Shown: positions 13,202 to 25,965, numbered from the stretch's first letter. The stretch is 64,000 bases of DNA from Squalus acanthias (GCA_030390025.1 JASTWF010000036.1:62001-126000), one strand, 5' to 3'. The notes: generated by a model not told the origin, from the letters alone. A program made the numbers and translations.

Positions 13202-13557
13202 GTCTCTCTCTCTGTCTCTCTCTCTCTCTCTGTCTCTCTCTCTCTCTGTCTGTCTCTCTCTCGCTCTCTGTCTCTCTGTCTCTCTCTCTCTTGTTGTCTC
13301 TCTCTGTTCTCTCTCTGTCTCTCTCTGTCTCACTGTCTCTCTCTCTCTGTCTCTCTCTCTGTCTCTCTCTCTGTCTCTCTCTCTGTCTCTGTCTCTCTCT
13401 CTCTCTGTCTCGCTCTCTCTCTGTCTCGCTCTCTCTCTCTGTCTCTCTCTCTCTGTCTCTCTCTCTCTGTCTCTCTCTCTCTCTCTCTCTATCTCTGTCT
13501 CTGTCTCTCTCTCTCTGTCTCTCTTTGTCTCTCTCTCTCTGTCTCTCTCTCTCTCTG

Positions 13558-13594
<37 letters not shown>

Positions 13595-13659
13595 GTCTCT
13601 CTCTCTCTCTCTGTCTCTCTCTGTCTCTCTCTCTGTGTCTCTCTCGCTCGCTGTCTCTC

Positions 13660-13704
<45 letters not shown>

Positions 13705-13705
13705 G

Positions 13706-13738
<33 letters not shown>

Positions 13739-13805
13739 GTCTCTCTCTCTGTGTCTCTCTCGCTCGCTGTCTCTCTCTCTCTGTCTCTCTCTGCCTCTGT
13801 CTCTT
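6500..13805. repeat. About 7.3 kb (CT)n/(CTGT) polypyrimidine tract with about 2.1 kb higher-order duplication
   Basis: Rare variant marker ctgtgtttctc recurs near 7453, 9504 and 11629. Confidence 0.95.
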
Positions 13806-14113
13806 ACAAACACACACACAGGCAAATAACAACAGAGAAACAATGAGCTGGGGCCCAGTCCCTCTGCTGTTATAGCGGTGCAGGATTCTTGAGCAATGGG
13901 AAGTCTTAGATTTACCAGCCTGTGTGTGTGTGTGTGTGTGTGTGTTTAAACCAGTGCGGGAGGGGAGGGGAGGGAAGTGTCTTGCGTTACCAGCTTTGAA
14001 GATTGAAATAGTGAAGAGCACTGAGTCTCCCTGGCAGCAATCACGAGCTCACATTCTTGCTGCAGTCCACGTTCTGTCGGGAATCAGGAATTTGTGGATG
14101 GAAGCCCAGGGCG

Positions 14114-14900
14114 GGCAGTACTGAGGGAGGGCCGCACTGTCGGAGGGGCAGTACTGAGGGAGCGCCGCACTGTCGGAGGGGCAGTACTGAGGGAGCGCTC
14201 CACTGTCGGAGGGGCAGTACTGAGGGAGGGCCGCACTGTCGGAGGGGCAGTACTGAGGGAGCGCCGCACTGTCGGAGGGGCAGTACTGAGGGAGCGCTCC
14301 ACTGTCGGAGGGGCAGTACTGAGGGAGGGCCGCACTGTCGGAGGGGCAGTACTGAGGGAGGGCCGCACTGTCGGAGGGGCAGTACTGAGGGAGCGCCGCA
14401 CTGTCGGAGAGGCAGTACTGAGGGAGCGCTCCACTGTCGGAGGGGCGGTACTGAGGGAGGGCCGCACTGTCGGAGGGGCAGTACTGAGGGAGCGCCGCAC
14501 TGTCGGAGTGGCGGTACTGAGGGAGCGCTCCACTGTCGGAGGGGCAGTACCGAGGGATGGCCGCACTGTCGGAGGGGCAGTACTGAGGGAGTGCCGCACT
14601 GTCGGAGGGACAGTAGTGAGGGAGCGCCGCACTGTCGGAGGGGCAGTACTGAGGGAGCGCCGCACTGTCGGAGGGGCAGTAGTGAGGGAGCGCCGCACTG
14701 TCGGAGGGGCAGTACTGAGGGAGCGCCGCACTTTTGGAGGGGCAGTACTGAGGGAGCGCTGCACTGTCGGAGAGGCAGTAGTGAGGGAGCGCCGCACTGT
14801 CGGAGGGGCAGTACTGAGGGAGCGCCGCACTGTCGGAGGGGCAGTACTGAGGGAGCGCCGCACTGTCGGAGGGGCAGTACTGAGGGAGCGCCGCACTGTC
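14114..14900 (+). repeat. Orphan 33-bp SINE-derived minisatellite (about 24 units) without SINE head or core
   Basis: Same unit as the SINE arrays, with unique sequence on both sides. Confidence 0.9.
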
Positions 14901-15299
14901 ATATTTCCCGTAAATTCAAGAAAGATAATTTGAGATTATGTCACTCCCCACAATGAAACAAGGATGCGAAATTGAAAGTCCCATTGACTGAAAAGTTGGC
15001 GAAGCCTGTATCGCTTCGTCGGATAACCAGTGTGTCACACGAAGGAATCTGATCAGGAATAGCTCTGCCGGTTTCCGGGAACTGAAGGCTGCGTAAACGA
15101 GCGAGGCTTTGAGTGAGGCGGGGGCTGGGGGGCAACCTCAATGACTGCTTTTCATAAAGGTCCATTTTCATAGGTGTATTTTGAGGAAATGAGAGCGTTG
15201 GAGTCATGTAACCCACGTCAGTCTGATGGTGTCAGTGCTGTTCCTCAGGTTTGCCAAACATGCTGAGAGTCGTCACTGCTCAACACCACCCCCTGCAAA

Positions 15300-16430
15300 C
15301 TGTGTAACCTCCTCCAGCCCCCTACAACCCTCCCTATCTCTGTAACCTCCTCCTGCCCCCTACAACCCTCCCTATCTCTAACCTCCTCCAGCCCCCTACA
15401 ACTCTCCCTATCTCTGTAACCTCCTCCTGCCCCCTACAACCCTCCCTATCTCTAACCTCCTCCAGCCCCCTACAACTCTCCCTATCTCTGTAACCTCCTC
15501 CTGCCCCCTACAACCCTCCCTATCTCTGTAACCTCCTCCAGCCCCCTACAACCCTCCCTATCTCTGTAACCTCCTCCTGCCCCCTACAACCCTCCCTATC
15601 TCTGTAACCTCCTCCAGCCCCTACAACCCTCCCTATCTCTAACCTCCTCCAGCCCCCTACAACCCTCCCTATCTCTGTAACCTCCTCCTGCCCCCTACAA
15701 CCCTCCCTATCTCTGTAACCTCCTCCAGCCCCTACAACCCTCCCTATCTCTAACCTCCTCCAGCCCCCTACAACCCTCCCTATCTCTGTAACCTCCTCCA
15801 ACCCCCTACAACCCTCCCTATCTCTGTAACCTCCTCCAGCCCCTACAACTCTCCCTATCTCTGTAACCTCCTCCAGCCCCTACAACTCTCCCTATCTCTG
15901 TAACCTCCTCCAACCCCCTACAACTCTCCCTATCTCTGTAACCTCCTCCAGCCCCTACAACTCTCCCTATCTCTGTAACCTCCTCCAGCCCCCTACAACC
16001 CTCCCTATCTCTAACCTCCTCCAGCCCCTACAACCCTCCCTATCTCTGTAACCTCCTCCAGCACCTACAACCCTCCCTGTCTCTGTAACCTCCTCCAGCC
16101 CCGTACAACCCTCCCTATCTCTGTAACCTCCTCCAGCACCTACAACCCTCCCTATCTCTGTAACCTCCTCCAGCCCCTACAAACCTCCCTATCTCTGTAA
16201 CCCCCTCCAGCCCCTACAACCCTCCCTATCTCAGCAACCTCCTCCAGCCCCTACAACCCTCCCTATCTCTGTAACCTCCTCCAGCCCCCTACAACTCTCC
16301 CTATCTCTGTAACCTCCTCCTGCCCCCTACAACCCTCCCTATCTCTGTAACCTCCTCCAGCCCCTACAACCCTCCCTATCTCTGTAACCTCCTCCAGCCC
16401 CTACAACCCTCCCTATCTCTGTAACCTCTC
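15300..16430 (+). repeat. 37-38-bp L2-derived minisatellite (ccctatctctgtaacctcctccagcccctacaaccct)
   Basis: Tandem units identical to those embedded in the L2 at 20720-22350. Confidence 0.9.
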
Positions 16431-19127
16431 CAAAAAGGAGACCTACGCATGGAGGCAGAGGGTATGGCTGAGGTACTAAACGAATACTTTGCATCTGTCT
16501 TCACCAAGGAAGAGGATGCTGCCACAGACACAGTGAAGGAGGAGGTAGTGGAGACACTGGATAGGTTAAAAATTGATAAAGAGGAGGTATTAGAAAGGCT
16601 GGCTGTACTTAAAGTAGATAAGTCACCAGGAGTGGACAGGATGCATCCTAGGATGCTGAGGGAAGTAAAGGTGGAGATTGCGGAGGTACTGGCCATAATA
16701 TTCCAATCCTCCTTAGATACGGGGGGTGGTGCCAGAGGACTGGAGAATTGCAAATGTTACACCATTGTTCAAAAAAGGGTGTAAAGATAAACCCAGCAAC
16801 TACAGGCCAGTTAGTTTGACCTCGGTAGTGGGGAAGCTTTTAGAAACAGTAATCAGAGACAAAATCAACAGTCACTTGGACAAGTGTGGATTAATTAAGG
16901 AAAGCCAGCACGGATTTGTTAAAGGCAAATCGTGTTTAACTAACTTGATTGAGTTTTTTGATGAGGTAACAGAGAGGGTTGATGAGGGTAATGCGGTTGA
17001 CGTGGTGTACATGGATTTCCAAAAGGCGTTCGACAAAGTGCCACATAATAGGCTTGCCAGCAAAGTTGAAGCCCATGGAATAAAAGGGACAGCGGCAGCA
17101 TGGATACGGAATTGGCCAAGTGACAGGAAACAGAGAGTAGTGGTGAACGGTTGTTTTTCGGACTGGAGGAAGGTATACAGTGGTGCTCCCCAGGGGTCGG
17201 TTCTAGGACCACTGCTTTTCTTGATATATATTAATGACTTGGACGTGGGTGTACAGGGCATAATTTCAAAATTTGCAGATGACACAAAACTTGGAAGTAT
17301 AGTGAACAGTGAGGAGGAGAGTGATAGACTTCAGGAAGACATAGGCAGGCTGGTAAAAAGGGCGGACACGTGGCAGATGAAATTTAACGCAGCAAAGTGC
17401 GTTTTGGTAGAAAGAATGAGGAGAGGACATATAAACTAAATGGTACAATCCTAAAGGGGGTGCACGAGCAAACAGACATGGGGGTATATGTGCACAAATC
17501 GTTGAAGGTGGCAGGGTAGGTTGAGAAAGCAGTTAAAAGGTCTTACGGGATCCTGGGCTTCATAAATAGAGGCAGAGAGTACAAAAGCAAGGAAGTTATG
17601 ATGAACCTTTATAAAACACTGGTTCGGCCTCAACTGGAGTATTGTGTCCAATTCTGGGCACCGCACTTTAGGAAGGATGTGAAGGCCTTAGAGAGAGTGC
17701 AGGAGAGATTTACAAGAATGATTCCGGGGATGAGGGACTTCAGTTACGTGGATAGACTGGAGAAGCTGGGGTTGTTCTCCTTGGAGCAGAGAAGGTTGAG
17801 AGGAGATTTGATGGAGGTGTTCAAAATCATGAGGGGGTCTGGACAGAGTAGATAGAGGGAAACTGTTCCCATTGGCAGTAGGGTCGAGAACCAGAGGACA
17901 CAGATTTAAGGTGATTGGCAAAAGAACCAAAGGCGACATGAGGAATAACTTTTTTACGCAGCGAGTGGTTAGGATTTGGAATGCGCTGCCTGAGAGGGTC
18001 ATAGTCATAGAGTCATAACGGCACAGAAGGAGGCCATTCAGCCCATCGAGTCCGTGCCGGCTCTCTGTGGAGCAATCCAGTCAGTCCCATTCCAGTCTCC
18101 CCTTGAAAACATTGAGTGTCTCTGCTTCCACCACTTCCGTCGGCAGCGAGTTCCAGGTCCTCACCACTCGCTGCGTAAAAAAGTTTTTCCTCACATCCCC
18201 CCTCTGTATCTCTTGCCCAAATCCTTAAATCTGTGTCCCCTAGTCCTTGTACCATCAACTAGTGGGAACAGCCTTTCCCCGTCTAGCCTATCCAAACCCG
18301 TCATAATCTTGTACACCTCTATCAAATCACCCCTCGACCTCCTTTGCTCTAATGAAATCAAATCCAGCTTCTCCAACCTGTCCTTGTAGCTAAGATTCCC
18401 CCCCATCCCCGGAACCATTCTGGTAAATCTCCTCTGCACCCTCTCAAGGGCCTTCACATCCTTCCTAAAGTGTGGTGACCAGAACTGGACGCAATACTCC
18501 AGTTGTGGCCTAACCAGCGCTTTATAAAGGTTCAGCATAACTTCTCTACTTTTGTACTCAATACCTCTATTTATGAAGATCCAAGATCCCATATGCTTTG
18601 CTAACCACTCTCTCAATATGTCCCGCCACCTTCAGGGACCTATGCACATTAACTCCCAGGTCCCTCTGTCCCTGCACACTCTTTAAAACTGTGCCATTAA
18701 GTGTAGATTGCCTCTCCCTGTTCCTTCTGCCAAAATGCATCACCTCACACTTCTCTGTATTAAATTCCATCTGCCACTTGTCTGCCCATTCTGCTAGCCT
18801 TTCTGTGTCCTGCTGCAGTCGATTGGTATCATCCTCACTGTTTGCCACACCCCCAAGTTTGGTGTCATCGGCAAATTTGGAAATTCTATTCTGTATTCCA
18901 ATATCCAGATCATTTATCTATATCGAAAAACTACGGAGGTGGCGAAGGCAGACTCAATCACGGCTTTCAAAAGGGAATTGGATAAGTACCTGAAGGAAAA
19001 AGATTTGCAGGGCTACGGGGAAAGGGAGGGGGGGGAGTGGGACTAGCTGAAGTGTTCTTGCAGAGAGCCGGCACGGGCTCAACGGGCCGAATGGCCTGCT
19101 TGCGTGCTGCAACCGTTCTATGATTGT
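16431..19127 (+). mobile_element. 5'-truncated CR1 LINE (RT domain, frameshifted), interrupted at about 18000 by an antisense CR1
   Basis: NYRPVSLTS, VYMDFQKAFDKV, PQGSVLGP and KFADD motifs. The 3' part resumes at about 18935. Confidence 0.92.
18001..18930 (-). mobile_element. CR1 LINE 3' fragment nested in antisense orientation
   Basis: Minus-strand ORFs LYKALVRPQLEYCVQFWSP and WQMEFNTEKCEVMHFG; 3' tail at 18001-18090. Confidence 0.9.
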
Positions 19128-19129
19128 GT

Positions 19130-19520
19130 GAGGTTCCCCGGGAGAGGGTGAGGGCAAGGGAGGGATTTGAAGATGAGGATGAGAATTTATCAGTGTGGGT
19201 CATGGAGCACAGGGCAAGGGCAATGGGTGAACGGGACTCTGTGCGAGTTAGGACACGGGGGTGGGTGGGGGGTGCAGCAGAGTTTTGGGTGAGCTGAGGT
19301 TTACGGTAGGGTGGAAGATGGAAGACCGGCCGGGAGTGCGTGGGAATAGTCGGGAGTCTGGAGGTAACAAAGGGCAGGGAGGAGGGTTTCAGCAGCGGAC
19401 GAGTTGAGGCAGGGGCAGAGACGGGCGACATTACGGAAGGTGGAAATAGGCGGTCTTTGCGAGGGAGGGGATGTGGGGCTCGGAGGCTCAGCTCAGGGTC
19501 CAATAGGACTCTGAACGGGA
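19130..19520 (-). mobile_element. Degenerate L2-like LINE fragment
   Basis: Resembles the L2 C-terminal region at 20750-21100 (ctagact..tattcc, aactc.gctgc.ccc, ctaactcgcac). Confidence 0.55.
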
Positions 19521-19749
19521 ACTCAAGGGGGAGAGGGAGACGAAAGCCAGTCACTCCACCAATAATGGGGATTTTCGAAATTCCCATAAACTGAAGCTAA
19601 TCATTGCCATTGATGTCAGAGGGAGGAGGAGGGGCGAGTTAAAAGGGCGCCGGCGATTTTCTTTCAGTTTTGCTTCAATCACTGGGGATTTTTTTTTTGG
19701 CAATGGTTCTGTAAATACCTGAGAAAATACCGTTCACAAAATAAAACAC

Positions 19750-20290
19750 TGCTCTTCTTCGAAACAGAGGCCGTGAGATCTTTAACATCCACCTGAGAGG
19801 GCAGACGGGGCCTCGGTTTTACGTCTCATCTGAAAGGCGCCAACACCGACAGTGCGGCGCTCCCTCAGTACTGCCCCTCCGACAGTGCGGCGCTCCCTCA
19901 GTACTGCCCCTCCGACAGTGCGGCGCTCCCTCAGTACTGCCCCTCCGACAGTGCGGCGCTCCCTCAGTACTGCCCCTCCGACAGTGCGGCGCTCCCTCAG
20001 TACTGCCCCTCCGACAGTGCGGCACTCCCTCAGTACTGCCCCTCCGACAGTGCGGCGCTCCCTCAGTACCGCCCCTCCGACAGTGCGGAACTCCCTCAGT
20101 ACCGCCCCTCCGACAGTGCGGCGCTCCCTCAGTACCGCCCCTCCGACAGTGCGGTACTCCCTCAGTACTGCCCCTCTGACAGTGCGGCGCTCCCTCAGTA
20201 ACGCCCCTCCGACAGTGCGGCGCTCCCTCAGCACTGGCACCGGGAGTATTGGCCTAGATTATGGGCTCGAGTCTCTGGAGTGTGACCCAA
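19750..20290 (-). mobile_element. Deu SINE with about 12 units of the 33-bp array
   Basis: Reverse complement of core, array and partial head. Confidence 0.85.
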
Positions 20291-20319
20291 CCTATAGGTT
20301 TGGGAGAGGAGGAGGAGGA

Positions 20320-20652
20320 AAAAGAAAGAAAGATCTTGCATTTCTCCAGCGCCTTTCACCACCTCAGGACGTCCCAAAGCGCTTCACAGCCAATGAAGTA
20401 CTTTTTGAAGTGTAGTCGCTGTTGTAATGTAGGAAACGCAGCAGCCAATTTGTGCACAGCAAGCTCCCACAAACAGCAATGTGATAAATGACCAGATCAT
20501 CTGTTTTAATGATGTTGGTTGAGAGATAAATATTGGCCCCAGGACACCAGGGAGAACTCCCCCCCTGTTCTTCTTCGAAATAGTGGCCGTGGGATCTTTT
20601 ACGTCCACCTGAGAGGGCGGACGGGGCCTCGGTTTAACGTCTCATCTGAAAG
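20320..20652 (-). mobile_element. Deu SINE core and 3' tail ending in (TCTT)n
   Basis: Reverse complement of ...gtggtgaaaggcgctggagaaatgcaagatctttctttc. Confidence 0.85.
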
Positions 20653-20719
20653 AGGATGAAGATGAGGTTGGGTATGAAGAAGTTGGGGTGGGAGAGGAGG
20701 AAGAGGCTGAGGTGAGGAC

Positions 20720-22350
20720 GAGGTGTCATATTTAACCCTGAAATGAGCTTCCGACCACACATCCGTGGCATAACAAAGACTGCCTACTTCTACCTCTGTA
20801 ACACCGCCCATCTCCGCCCCTGCCTCAGCTCATCCGCTGCTGAAACCCTCATTCATGCCCTTTGTCACCTCTAGACTTGACTATTCCAACGCACTCCTGG
20901 CTGGCCTCCCACATTCCACCCTCCGTAAACTTGAGGTCATCCAAAACTCGGCTGCCCCCGTGTCCTAACTCGCACCAAGTCCTGTTCGCCCATCGCCCCC
21001 TGTGCTCGCTGACCTACATTGGCTCCCGGTTAAGCAAGGCCTCGATTTCAAAGTTCTTCTCCTTGTTTTAAAATCCCACCCTGGCCTCCTCACCCCTTCA
21101 CTATCTCTGTAACCTCCTCCAGCCCCCTACAACCCTCCCTATCTCTGTAACCTCCTCCAGCCCCCTACAACCCTCCCTCTCTCTGTAACCTCCTCCAGCC
21201 CCCTACAACCCTCCCTATCTCTTTAACCTCCTCCAGCCCCCTACAACCCTCCCTATCTCTTTAACCTCCTCCAGCCCCTACAACCCTCCCTATCTCTGTA
21301 ACCTCCTACAGCCCTCCCCATCTCTGTTCACTCCTCCAGCCCCTACAACCCTCCCTATCTCTGTAACCTCCTCCAGCCCCTACAACCCTCCCTATCTCTG
21401 TAACCTCCTCCAGCCCCCTACAACCCTCCCTATCTCTGTAACCTCCTCCAGCCCCGTACAACCCTCCCTATCTCTTTAACCTCCTCCAGCCCCGTACAAT
21501 CCTCCCTATCTCTGTAACCTCCTCCAGCCCCTACAACCCTCCCTATCTCTGTAACCTCCTCCAGCCCCCTACAACCCTCCCTATCTCTGTAACCTCCTCC
21601 AGCCCCCTACAACACTCCCTATCTCTGTAACCTCCTCCAGCCCCCTACAACCCTCCCTATCTCTGTAACCTCCTCCAGCCCCCTACAACCCTCCCTATCT
21701 CTGTAACCTCCTCCAGCCCCCTACAACACTCCCTATCTCTGTAACCTCCTCCAGCCCCCTACAACCCTCCCTATCTCTGTAACCTCCTCCAGCCCCCTAC
21801 AACCCTCCCTATCTCTGTAACCTCCTCCAGCCCCGTACAATCCTCCCTATCTCTGTAACCTCCTCCAGCCCCTACAACCCTCCCTATCTCTGTAACCTCC
21901 TCCAGCCCCCTACAACCCTCCCTATCTCTGTAACCTCCTCCAGCCCCCTACAACACTCCCTATCTCTGTAACCTCCTCCAGCCCCCTACAACCCTCCCTA
22001 TCTCTGTAACCTCCTCCAGCCCCCTACAACCCTCCCTATCTCTGTAACCTCCTCCAGCCCCCTACAACCCTCCCTATCTCTGTAACCTCCTCCAGCCCCC
22101 TACAACCCTCCCTATCTCTGTAACCTCCTCCAGCCCCGACAACCCTCCAAGATCTCTGCGCTCCTCCAATTCTGGCCTCTTGTCCATCCCCCCGATTTCC
22201 ATCGCTCCACCATTGGTGGCCGTGCCTTCAGCCGCCTGTGCCCTAAGCTCTGGAATTCCCTTCCTAAACCTCTCCGCCTCGCTACCTCTCCCTCCTCCTT
22301 GAAGACGCTCCTTAAAACCCACCCCTTTGTCACCTGCCCTAATATCTCCT
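20720..22350 (+). mobile_element. L2 LINE 3' end containing a 37-38-bp minisatellite expansion (about 21100-22145)
   Basis: Frameshifted AETLIHA / VTSRLDYSNALLAGL / LHWLPVKQ-like coding remnants; the array sits in the YLCNLLQP segment and L2 sequence resumes after it. Confidence 0.85.
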
Positions 22351-22351
22351 G

Positions 22352-22865
22352 AAGGGACTCCAGTGAGGTGGAGAGACTGCAGAAGCTGGGGTTGTTCTCC
22401 TCAGAGCAGAGAAGGTTAAGGGGGAGATTGACCAGAATGGTACCAGGGGATGAGGGACCTCAGTTACGTGGAGAGACTGGAGAAGCTGGGATTGTTCTCC
22501 TTAGAGCAGAGAAGGTTAAGGGGAGATTGACCAGAATGGTACCAGGGGATGAGGGACTTCAGTTACGCGGAGAGACTGGAGAAGCAGGGGTTGAGAAGAG
22601 ATTTGATAGAGGTGTTCAAAATCATGAGGGGATCTGGACAGAGTAGAGAGAGAGAAACTGTTCCCATTGGGCGGAAGGGTCGAGAACCAGTGGACACAGA
22701 TTTAAGGTGATTGGCAGAAGAACCAAAGGCGACATGAGGGGAAACTTTTTTACGCAGCGAGTGGTTGTGATCTGGAATGCGCTGCCTGAGAGGGTGGTGG
22801 AGGCAGATTCAATCGTGGCTTCCAACAGGGAATTGGATAAGTACCTGAAGGAAAAGAAAATTTGT
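22352..22865 (+). mobile_element. CR1 3' fragment with about 100-bp internal tandem duplication
   Basis: ERLEKLGLFSLEQRRLRG segment repeated about 2.5 times. Confidence 0.85.
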
Positions 22866-23271
22866 CTTATAACACTCTTGTGAAGCGAACTGGGGTCGTT
22901 TTACGACATTCAAGGCGCCGTTTAAATGCAATTGTTGTTGACGAAGATATCAGGGGTGGGAGAGGCAGAAGGAGGGAGGCTATCATTACTGAGTAGCCTT
23001 GCAGCTGAACGGAGTGTCTAGACTCGTGTGGCCCCAGCTCCGCCCCACCCTCCTCTCCCAAAAACCGACAGGTCTCAGCGATGAACCCTCAGTGAAGGAG
23101 GCGAGGGTGGGACGATTGTCTGTCTGGCTCGGGCCCGTGGAAAAACCTGTTGAATCGGCTAGACGGTGTTAAAGTAGGAAGACAAAAAGGCAGGAAGATA
23201 TATCACTCCCTCTCCGTCCGCCCATGAAGGAGCAGCCTGATGTCTGGAATCCGTCCATTCCGGGATTCTGT

Positions 23272-23303
23272 GGGCGTGGCAACCCATTCTGTTCTATAAA
23301 TAG
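23272..23303 (+). promoter_or_regulatory. Candidate GC/KLF box (GGGCGTGGC) plus perfect MEF2/TATA-like site CTATAAATAG
   Basis: Exact CTA(A/T)4TAG at 23294-23303 in a unique island. Motif match only. Confidence 0.4.
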
Positions 23304-23429
23304 ACGCAAGCCCTGAGTGCCTCCTTGCCTGATATTAACCCCTTCCTCTCAACCCCAGACTGAGGGAAGTCTAGGGGCGGTTGGAGAGAAGTGATGAACT
23401 ATCCTAGGTTTAGACAAGAGCTCCCATTC

Positions 23430-25712
23430 ATGCAGCGCCTTTAACATAGTAAAACGTCCCCAAGTGGCGCTTCACAGGAGCGATTATCAGACATAATCTG
23501 ACCCCGAGCCACATAAGGAGATATTAGGGACAGGTGATCGAAAGCTTGGTCAAAGAGGGAGGTTTTAAGGAGCGTCTTAAAGGAGGAGAGAGAGAGAGGC
23601 GGAGAGGTTCAGGGAGGGAATTCCAGAGCTTAGTGCCCAGGCGGCTGAAGGCACGGCCGCCAATGGTGGAGCGATGGAAATCAGGGGGATGCTCAAGAGG
23701 TCGGAATTGGAGGAGCGCAGAGATCTGGGAGGGTTGTTGGGGGCTGGAGGAGGTTACAGAGATAGGGAGGGTTGTAGGGGGCTGGAGGAGGTTACAGAGA
23801 TAGGGAGGGTTGAAGGGGGCTGGAGGAGGTTACAGAGATAGGGAGGGTTGTAGGGGGCTGGAGGAGGTTACAGAGATAGGGAGGGTTGTAGGGGCTGGAG
23901 GAGGTTACAGAGATAGGGAGGGTTGTAGGGGCTGGAGGAGGTTACAGAGATAGGGAGGGTTGTAGGGGGCTGGAGGAGGTTACAGAGATAGGGAGGGTTG
24001 TAGGGGGCTGGAGGAGGTTACAGAGATAGGGAAGGTTGTAGGGGCTGGAGGAGGTTACAGAGATAGGGAGGGTTGTAGGGGCTGGAGTAGGTTACAGAGA
24101 TAGGGAGGGTTGTAGGGGGCTGGAGGAGGTTACAGAGATAGGGAGGGTTGCAGGGGGTTGGAGGAGGTTACAGAGATAGGGAGGGTTGTAGGGGGTTGGA
24201 GGAGGTTACAGAGATAGGGAGGGTTGTAGGGGCTGGTGGAGGTTACAGAGATAGGGAGGGTTGTAGGGGCTGGTGGAGGTTACAGAGATAGGGAGGGTTG
24301 AGGGGCTGGAGGAGGTTGTTTGATAGGGAGGGTTGTAGGGGCTGGAGGAGGTTACAGAGATAGGGAGGGTTGAGGGGCTGGAGGAGGTTGTTTGATAGGG
24401 AGGGTTGTAGGGGCTGGAGGAGGTTACAGAGATAGGGAGGGTTGTAGGGGGCTGGAGGAGGTTACAGAGATAGGGAGGGTTGAGGGGCTGGAGGAGGTTG
24501 TTTGATAGGGATGGTTGTAGGGGGCTGGAGGAGGTTACAGAGATAGGGAGGGTTGTAGGGGGCTGGAGGAGGTTACAGAGATAGGGAGGGTTGAGGGGCT
24601 GGAGGAGGTTACAGAGATAGGGAGGGTTGTAGGGGCTGGAGGAGGTTACAGAGATAGGGAGGGTTGAGGGGCTGGAGGAGGTTACAGAGATAGGGAGGGT
24701 TGTAGGGGCTGGAGGAGGTTACAGAGATAGGGAGGGTTGAGGGGCTGGAGGAGGTTACAGAGATAGGGAGGGTTGAGGGGCTGGAGGAGGTTACAGAGAT
24801 AGGGAGGGTTGTAGGGGCTGGAGGAGGTTACAGAGATAGGGAGGGTTGAGGGGCTGGAGGAGGTTACAGAGATAGGGAGGGTTGTCGGGGCTGGAGGAGG
24901 TTACAGAGATAGGGAGGGTTGAGGGGCTGGAGGAGGTTACAGAGATAGGGAGGGTTGTCGGGGCTGGAGGAGGTTAGAGAGATAGGGAGGGTTGAGGGGC
25001 TGGAGGAGGTTGTTTGATAGGGAGGGTGGTCGGGGCTGGAGGAGGTTACAGAGATAGGGAGGGTTGTAGGGGGCTGGAGGAGGTTACAGAGATAGGGAGG
25101 GTTGTAGGGGCTGGAGGAGGTTACAGAGATAGGGAGGGTTGTCGGGGCTGGAGGAGGTTACAGAGATAGGGAGGGTTGTAGGGGCTGGAGGAGGTTACAG
25201 AGATAGGGAGGGTTGTCGGGGCTGGAGGAGGTTAGAGAGATAGGGAGGGTTGAGGGGCTGGAGGAGGTTGTTTGATAGGGAGGGTGGTCGGGGCTGGAGG
25301 AGGTTACAGATATAGGGAGGGTTGCAGGGGCTGGAGGAGGTTACAGAGATAGGGAGGGTTGCAGGGGCTGGAGGAGGTTACAGAGATAGGGAGGGTTGTA
25401 GGGGCTGGAGGAGGTTACAGAGATAGGGAGGGTTGCAGGGGCTGGAGGAGGTTACAGAGATAGGGAGGGTTGCAGGGGCTGGAGGAGGTTACAGAGATAG
25501 GGAGGGTTGCAGGGGCTGGAGGAGGTTACAGAGATAGGGAGGGTTGTAGGGGCTGGAGGAGGTTACAAAGATAGGGAGGGTTGTAGGGGCTGGAGGAGGT
25601 TACAGAGATAGGGAGGGTTGCAGGGGCTGGAGGAGGTTACAGAGATAGGGAGGGTTGCAGGGGCTGGAGGAGGTTACAGAGATAGGGAGGGTTGCAGGGG
25701 CTCCTTGGGATG
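23430..25712 (-). mobile_element. L2 LINE 3' end with about 2 kb of 37-38-bp minisatellite (23740-25700)
   Basis: Reverse complement of the 22145-22350 L2 3' region followed by the array. Confidence 0.87.
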
Positions 25713-25739
25713 TTTCAGTCGGTTACAGGCACTACACTG

Positions 25740-25965
25740 AGGGGAGGGAGATGGGGGAAGGGAGGAGCAGGGAGGGTAGGAGAGGAGAGGGGGAAAGGGG
25801 CAAGAGGGAGGAGAGGTAGAGGGAGGACAGGGGAGGGAGAGGGAGAAGGAGAGAGGAGGGAGGAGAGAAGAGGATTGAGGGGGGCGAAAGGGGAGCAGAG
25901 GAGATGAGAGCAGGAGAGGGGAGGCGAAGACGGGTTTGGGGGGAGGGAGGGAGTAGAGGAGGAAT
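25740..25965. repeat. GA-rich low-complexity tract
   Basis: Direct reading. Confidence 0.8.

Noticed and set aside
6023..14021. SL-rich, RE-rich and HT-rich ORFs (also 26.6-28.3, 40.5-42.8 and 49.7-51 kb)
   Set aside because: Translations of dinucleotide microsatellites.
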